The notes beneath the pieces were generated by a model. It was given only the letters and a program-made list of their open reading frames with translations. It was not told the DNA's origin and searched no databases. A DNA stretch of 63,923 bases, counting the filler, from Craspedostauros australis (taxonomy: Eukaryota), in assembly GCA_030167865.1 (NCBI GenBank). It is 6 parts of 6 records of this genome, joined end to end, with 100 filler letters (N's around TTAATTAATTAA, not from the genome) between each part and the next. Parts side by side here need not be neighbours in the genome. Positions count along the whole stretch, not along the records: positions 35,985 to 62,150 come from JALAGF010005823.1; positions 62,251 to 63,923 come from JALAGF010005832.1; 4 more parts are not named here. One strand, written 5' to 3'. Position 1 is the stretch's first letter. The number at the start of each line of letters is the position of its first letter. Shown piece by piece: positions 59,717 through 63,923 of the stretch. Made by a program: the position numbers and the translations under genes.

Positions 59717-61752
59717 ATGCACTTTGGGATGAAGGCTCCTTCATCGCATCCGATGATGCGTCTGAAGAGACAGCAGCTCTTTCTCCCGCATTCGACGCTG
59801 CCACCTCTTTTCATGGTGATGTTGCTGCTGCTGCTGCCGTCGCTCCCGACAGTGTCAGCATCGGCCGAAGGTCAGCACAGCAACTCACAAACGTGGAGAC
59901 AACAGAAAGCGGAGGATGTGATCCATTGGGTGAAAAGCATGTTCGGTGGGCAGTTCAATGAGAAGCAGACGGTGGGAATGGCCGCGGAGACCGCGTTCCA
60001 TCGGTCATCCGATATTGGGCTTGGGACTGTTGCTCACCAACGCATTTCGAGAGGAGAGATGCTGGCGAGTATCCCGTGGGGTGCCATCATCTACGACGAG
60101 AAGAACTTCGGATCCGATGGTTCCTTTTCCTGCGCCACGGCCAACAAGCTCATTGATGAGCTGGAGCTTGGCGAAGACTCGGTCTACGGTCCCTACATTG
60201 AATACCTCCAGAGCCGCAAGCAGCCATCGATGCTCCCAACGACCTGGACTCCGCAAGGCCAGCACCTGTTGCAGCACGTTCTCAATGGCACGATAGCATT
60301 CAACAAAATTCCTCCCAAGGAGCCCACCTCCTGGTTGACCAACGTCTGGGAGAATGGATGTTTGGGAACGCGCTCGGAGGTGGGGGATTTTGCGGCTCTC
60401 ACGGTGCTCACGATGGCACACACGGCTTACCTTGCGCCGATCCTCGACATCTACAACCATGCATCTGGTGCTCGTGCCAACGTCAACGTCCACGTTCGGC
60501 AGGGCATTTCGATCGATCTCTTCGCATCGCGGGAAGTGCAAGCAGGTGAAGAGCTCTGTGTCTCGTATTCTGAAGATGCAACGCGCAGCAGGCCGTCCTG
60601 GTATGGCACCCAAGGTACGTTTGTGATCTGCGGCCAGTCATGATTGCGTATGTATCATGCTGCGTTCTACATTGCGCTACACAGGACTACAGATCTGCAA
60701 AACTAGCGTCCATGCTCCAATGACCCCGTGCGCAAGATGCTGCACGATGGTGTTTGCAAAGATGGATCAATCCGAAAGATGCCTCTCATGCACTACCATG
60801 CACCGATCCACACACACAAATACCCCAACGTCAATATCACACCAAATCACATCATATCGCATCGGCATCCCCAGAACTCTTCCGTGACTACGGATTCATT
60901 GAGGATTACCCACAAAAATGGGCCTTCATCACTGACGACTATCGCATGTATCGGGCGATTTTTCACATCAACAGGCTCCCCACCAGTGCAAAGTTGGACG
61001 CGACAGATCTCAGCGATCAGCAGCAGCAGCAGCAGCGGCAGCTGGAGTATTCCTACGCAGTGACATGGGATCAGACCACGGAAGACGAAGAGCTGCTCCA
61101 AGACATGGTGGTCTCACTGCGACGGTATCTCAATCGGTTGGGACGCATTCGAAGCGGCGAGCTTGCGATGGGACCGCGGGCGTGGGCCGTTGCGCATCAT
61201 GGCACCGCGGACGATGAAATACCATTCTCGGAATGGAATGCGGTGGTCAAGTTTGTGGATGCTGCAATAGTTGTGATCGGAAACGCTTTGAGGGATACTG
61301 ACGACGATGTTGGTGCAGGAATAGATCCGAACCATGCCGAGCATTCCACGCTGTTCGGTTGCATCAACGGCGTCGACGATACCTGCCTTGCCAACCAGCT
61401 GTACCCAGAGTTCATCGCGAAACCTGAACTATACCGCATGAGGTCTGCAACGTGCGACATCCAAACACTGCTGCGCTCCGGTGCGTTCGTCGAACTCAGC
61501 AACTTCGAGAGCGAATACCAGAAGGTGATCTTCATGCAGTCCAAGGAAAATCTTCACATCGACAGCGACGACATGTGCTTGGAACTTGACGGCATCATCC
61601 AGATCTGCGACAGCTACCGACCGCATTACCACGAGTACGCCGTCAACTACGGTGCCCGGTACCTGAAGCAGCTCAAGCGGGCCGCCTTCATCGGTGGTGG
61701 AGACTCCATGATCCTCCAGGAGCTGCTGAAGTATCCCGATCTGGAGCTAGTG
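59717..61752 (+). CDS. Signal peptide + SET-like methyltransferase + spermidine/spermine synthase (aminopropyltransferase) fusion, 3'-truncated; intron 60615-60874
   Basis: APILDIYNH...REVQAGEELCVSY (SET); splicing gives YGTQELFRDYGFIEDYPQ; CLELDGIIQIC..YRPHYHE, AFIGGGDSMILQELLKYP (APT). Similarity stops after LELV. Confidence 0.88.
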
Positions 61753-62250
61753 CCTCAAAGAGCCGGCTGTAGCCAAACAAATTGGCGATGTTTGGCGATG
61801 TTTGGATCACAGAAACTGCTCTGTAGAATGTAGTACATTTTCTACGTAAGTCACGAACAAAAAAGGCTAAAAACAGCATCAACCAAAGTTAAACTCTCCG
61901 GACTTAGCTCGTGTGCGTGTTCCTGTACTCGTCTTTCTATTGTAGCATCGAATATAGTTTATATATACAATCCTAAAGTTTGGTGTCTGTTGCTCTCCTG
62001 CTCGGTGAGCGCTGATTTGATCTGTCAAGCACCCCCATCATTCACGGACGTTTTTGGCTTCTGGTCGGCTTGTTTTCCTGTTCTGGTTGTTCCAAACAAC
62101 TGATCCAACCATCGATGACGTCATGATGACGCAAGCATTGGAACCAGAATNNNNNNNNNNNNNNNNNNNNNNNNNNNNNNNNNNNNNNNNNNNNTTAATT
62201 AATTAANNNNNNNNNNNNNNNNNNNNNNNNNNNNNNNNNNNNNNNNNNNN

Positions 62251-63923
62251 AACACCCTTTGGGCTGATGCTGAACGGAAGGAAATGCAGCAGCTGTTCGA
62301 CTATGGGACATTCGAGTCTCTGGGCAAGCAACAGGCTCCACCAGATGGATACCAGAAGATCCGCCTTCAGTGGGTCTATGCAATCAAGCATGACCTACGG
62401 CATAAGGCTCGATGTGTCGCAGGAGGTCATCTGACAGACTAGTGCAAGGACATGTCCTATGCTGGGGTTGTCAGCCTCCGCTCTCTCCGCATCGCTCTCC
62501 TGGCAGGTGAGCTCAATGGACTCTCCACCATGGTGGGTGATATCGGCAATGCTTACCTCGAAGCATTCACCAAGGAGAAGATCTGCTTCATCGCTGGTGA
62601 GGAGTTCGGTGAGAATGCGGGCCATATGATGCGCATCGTCAAAGCGCTCTATGGCCTGCGTACCTCTGGAGCTCGTTTTCACGAAGCTCTCTCCAACACT
62701 CTCAGAGACATGGGTTTCACCCAATGTCGTTCTGACCCTGACGTCTGGATGCATGATGCTGGCTCCCACTGGGAGTACANNNNNNNNNNNNNNNNNNNNN
62801 NNNNNNNNNNNNNNNNNNNNNNNNNNNNNNNNNNNNNNNNNNNNNNNNNNNNNNNNNNNNNNNNNNNNNNNNNNNNNNNNNNNNNNNATATCATCTGGGA
62901 GCTGACTTTGGTCGAGATCCAGATGGCACTCTGAAGATGAGTCCACATTCCTACATCAAAAGGATGTTGACGAACTTCGAACGCATGTTTGGCGCACTCC
63001 CAAAGAAGGCAAGCTGTCCTCTGGACAAATCCGACAGTCCAGAGTTGGATACTTCACCAGAGCTCTCAGAATTGGACAAGAGGAAGTTCATGTCCTTGAT
63101 CAGTGCCCTTCAGTGGTGCATCTCGCTTGGAAGATTCGATATCTCCGTTGCCGTGATGACCCTGGCTCGATTCAGAGCATCTCCTCGTCAAGGCCACCTC
63201 GACCGGGCCAAGCGTATCTACGGCTACCTTCGGAAGCATCCAGACGGCTCCATCCGCTTCCGCACCGGAATCCCACAGCATGAAGACCACTTCGAAGTCC
63301 CCAAGCATGACTGGCTCTACTCTGTGTATGGAAACACAGCAGAGGAGCTTCCCCATGACGTTCCGTCCCCCAAGGGCAAGCCTGTGCGCATGACGTCTTT
63401 CGTCGACGCCAACTTGCTACACTGCAAAGTGACCGGCAGATCCGCCACTGGAGTGCTGCATCTGATGAACCAGACACCCATCGAATGGTTCAGCAAGAGG
63501 CAAGCAACCGTTGAGACAGCCAGCTACGGATCAGAGTTCGTGGCGGCTCGTCAAGCCACCGAGCAGATCATCTCCCTTCGTCTTGCACTTCGAGAGATGG
63601 GCATCCCTCTCGACGGTCCAAGCTGGATGTTTGGTGACAATCAATCGGTCATCACATCGTCCACAATCCCGATGAGCATGCTATCCAAGCGTCACAATGC
63701 CCTCGCATACCATCGCGTGCGTTCGGCTGTGGCATCAGGAGTCCTCTTCTTCATCAAGATCCAAGGAACTCAGAACGTGGCAGATGTGCTCACCAAGTTC
63801 CTACCTTGGGCCATGTTCTGGCCCCTGGTTCAGCCTATGCTCTTCTGGAAGGGCAACACCTTTCGCAAGAACATGGATTGAACAGATACGAGACACGCTT
63901 TGGGGAGTATCAGATCAAAAGTC
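62251..63923 (+). mobile_element. pol: 3' part of a second CoDi-type copia: RT and RNase H, PPT and start of the 3' LTR
   Basis: GDIGNAYL, LYGLRTSG, FVDANL, ETASYGSEF and NVADVLTK; stop at 63881; GGGGAG then TATCAG at ~63908. Confidence 0.9.

Overview
Eukaryotic, almost certainly diatom, DNA: it carries CoDi-type Ty1/copia elements, a SET-aminopropyltransferase fusion, a COG3899-like ATPase and GT-AG introns. The window is not contiguous. Six scaffolds are joined by N-TTAATTAATTAA-N linkers (about 11580, 17831, 25054, 35929, 62195), so neighbourhoods across linkers mean nothing. The sequence is dominated by nested transposons: an apparently intact chromodomain-bearing CoDi copia (18482-24925) with non-canonical LTR ends and an in-frame TGA between gag and pol; a complete two-gene PIF/Harbinger-group element (13072-17287) inside a Sola-like transposase gene; a mariner-like transposase; a decayed Ambal-like LINE; a degenerate second copia; and several solo LTRs. 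Host genes include an AAA/STAND ATPase, a RelA/SpoT 3' fragment, an HMG-box gene, a C-terminal Cys-finger protein and a truncated SET-spermidine synthase fusion. The best candidate for an undescribed system is a family of elements bounded by 20-bp, helically phased, palindrome-core tandem arrays. There are four arrays on three separate scaffolds. Three of them lie next to TAACGT terminal motifs, two share a ~220-bp subterminal module, and one copy carries a small two-repeat, probably DNA-binding protein whose frame is restored when a solo LTR is removed.
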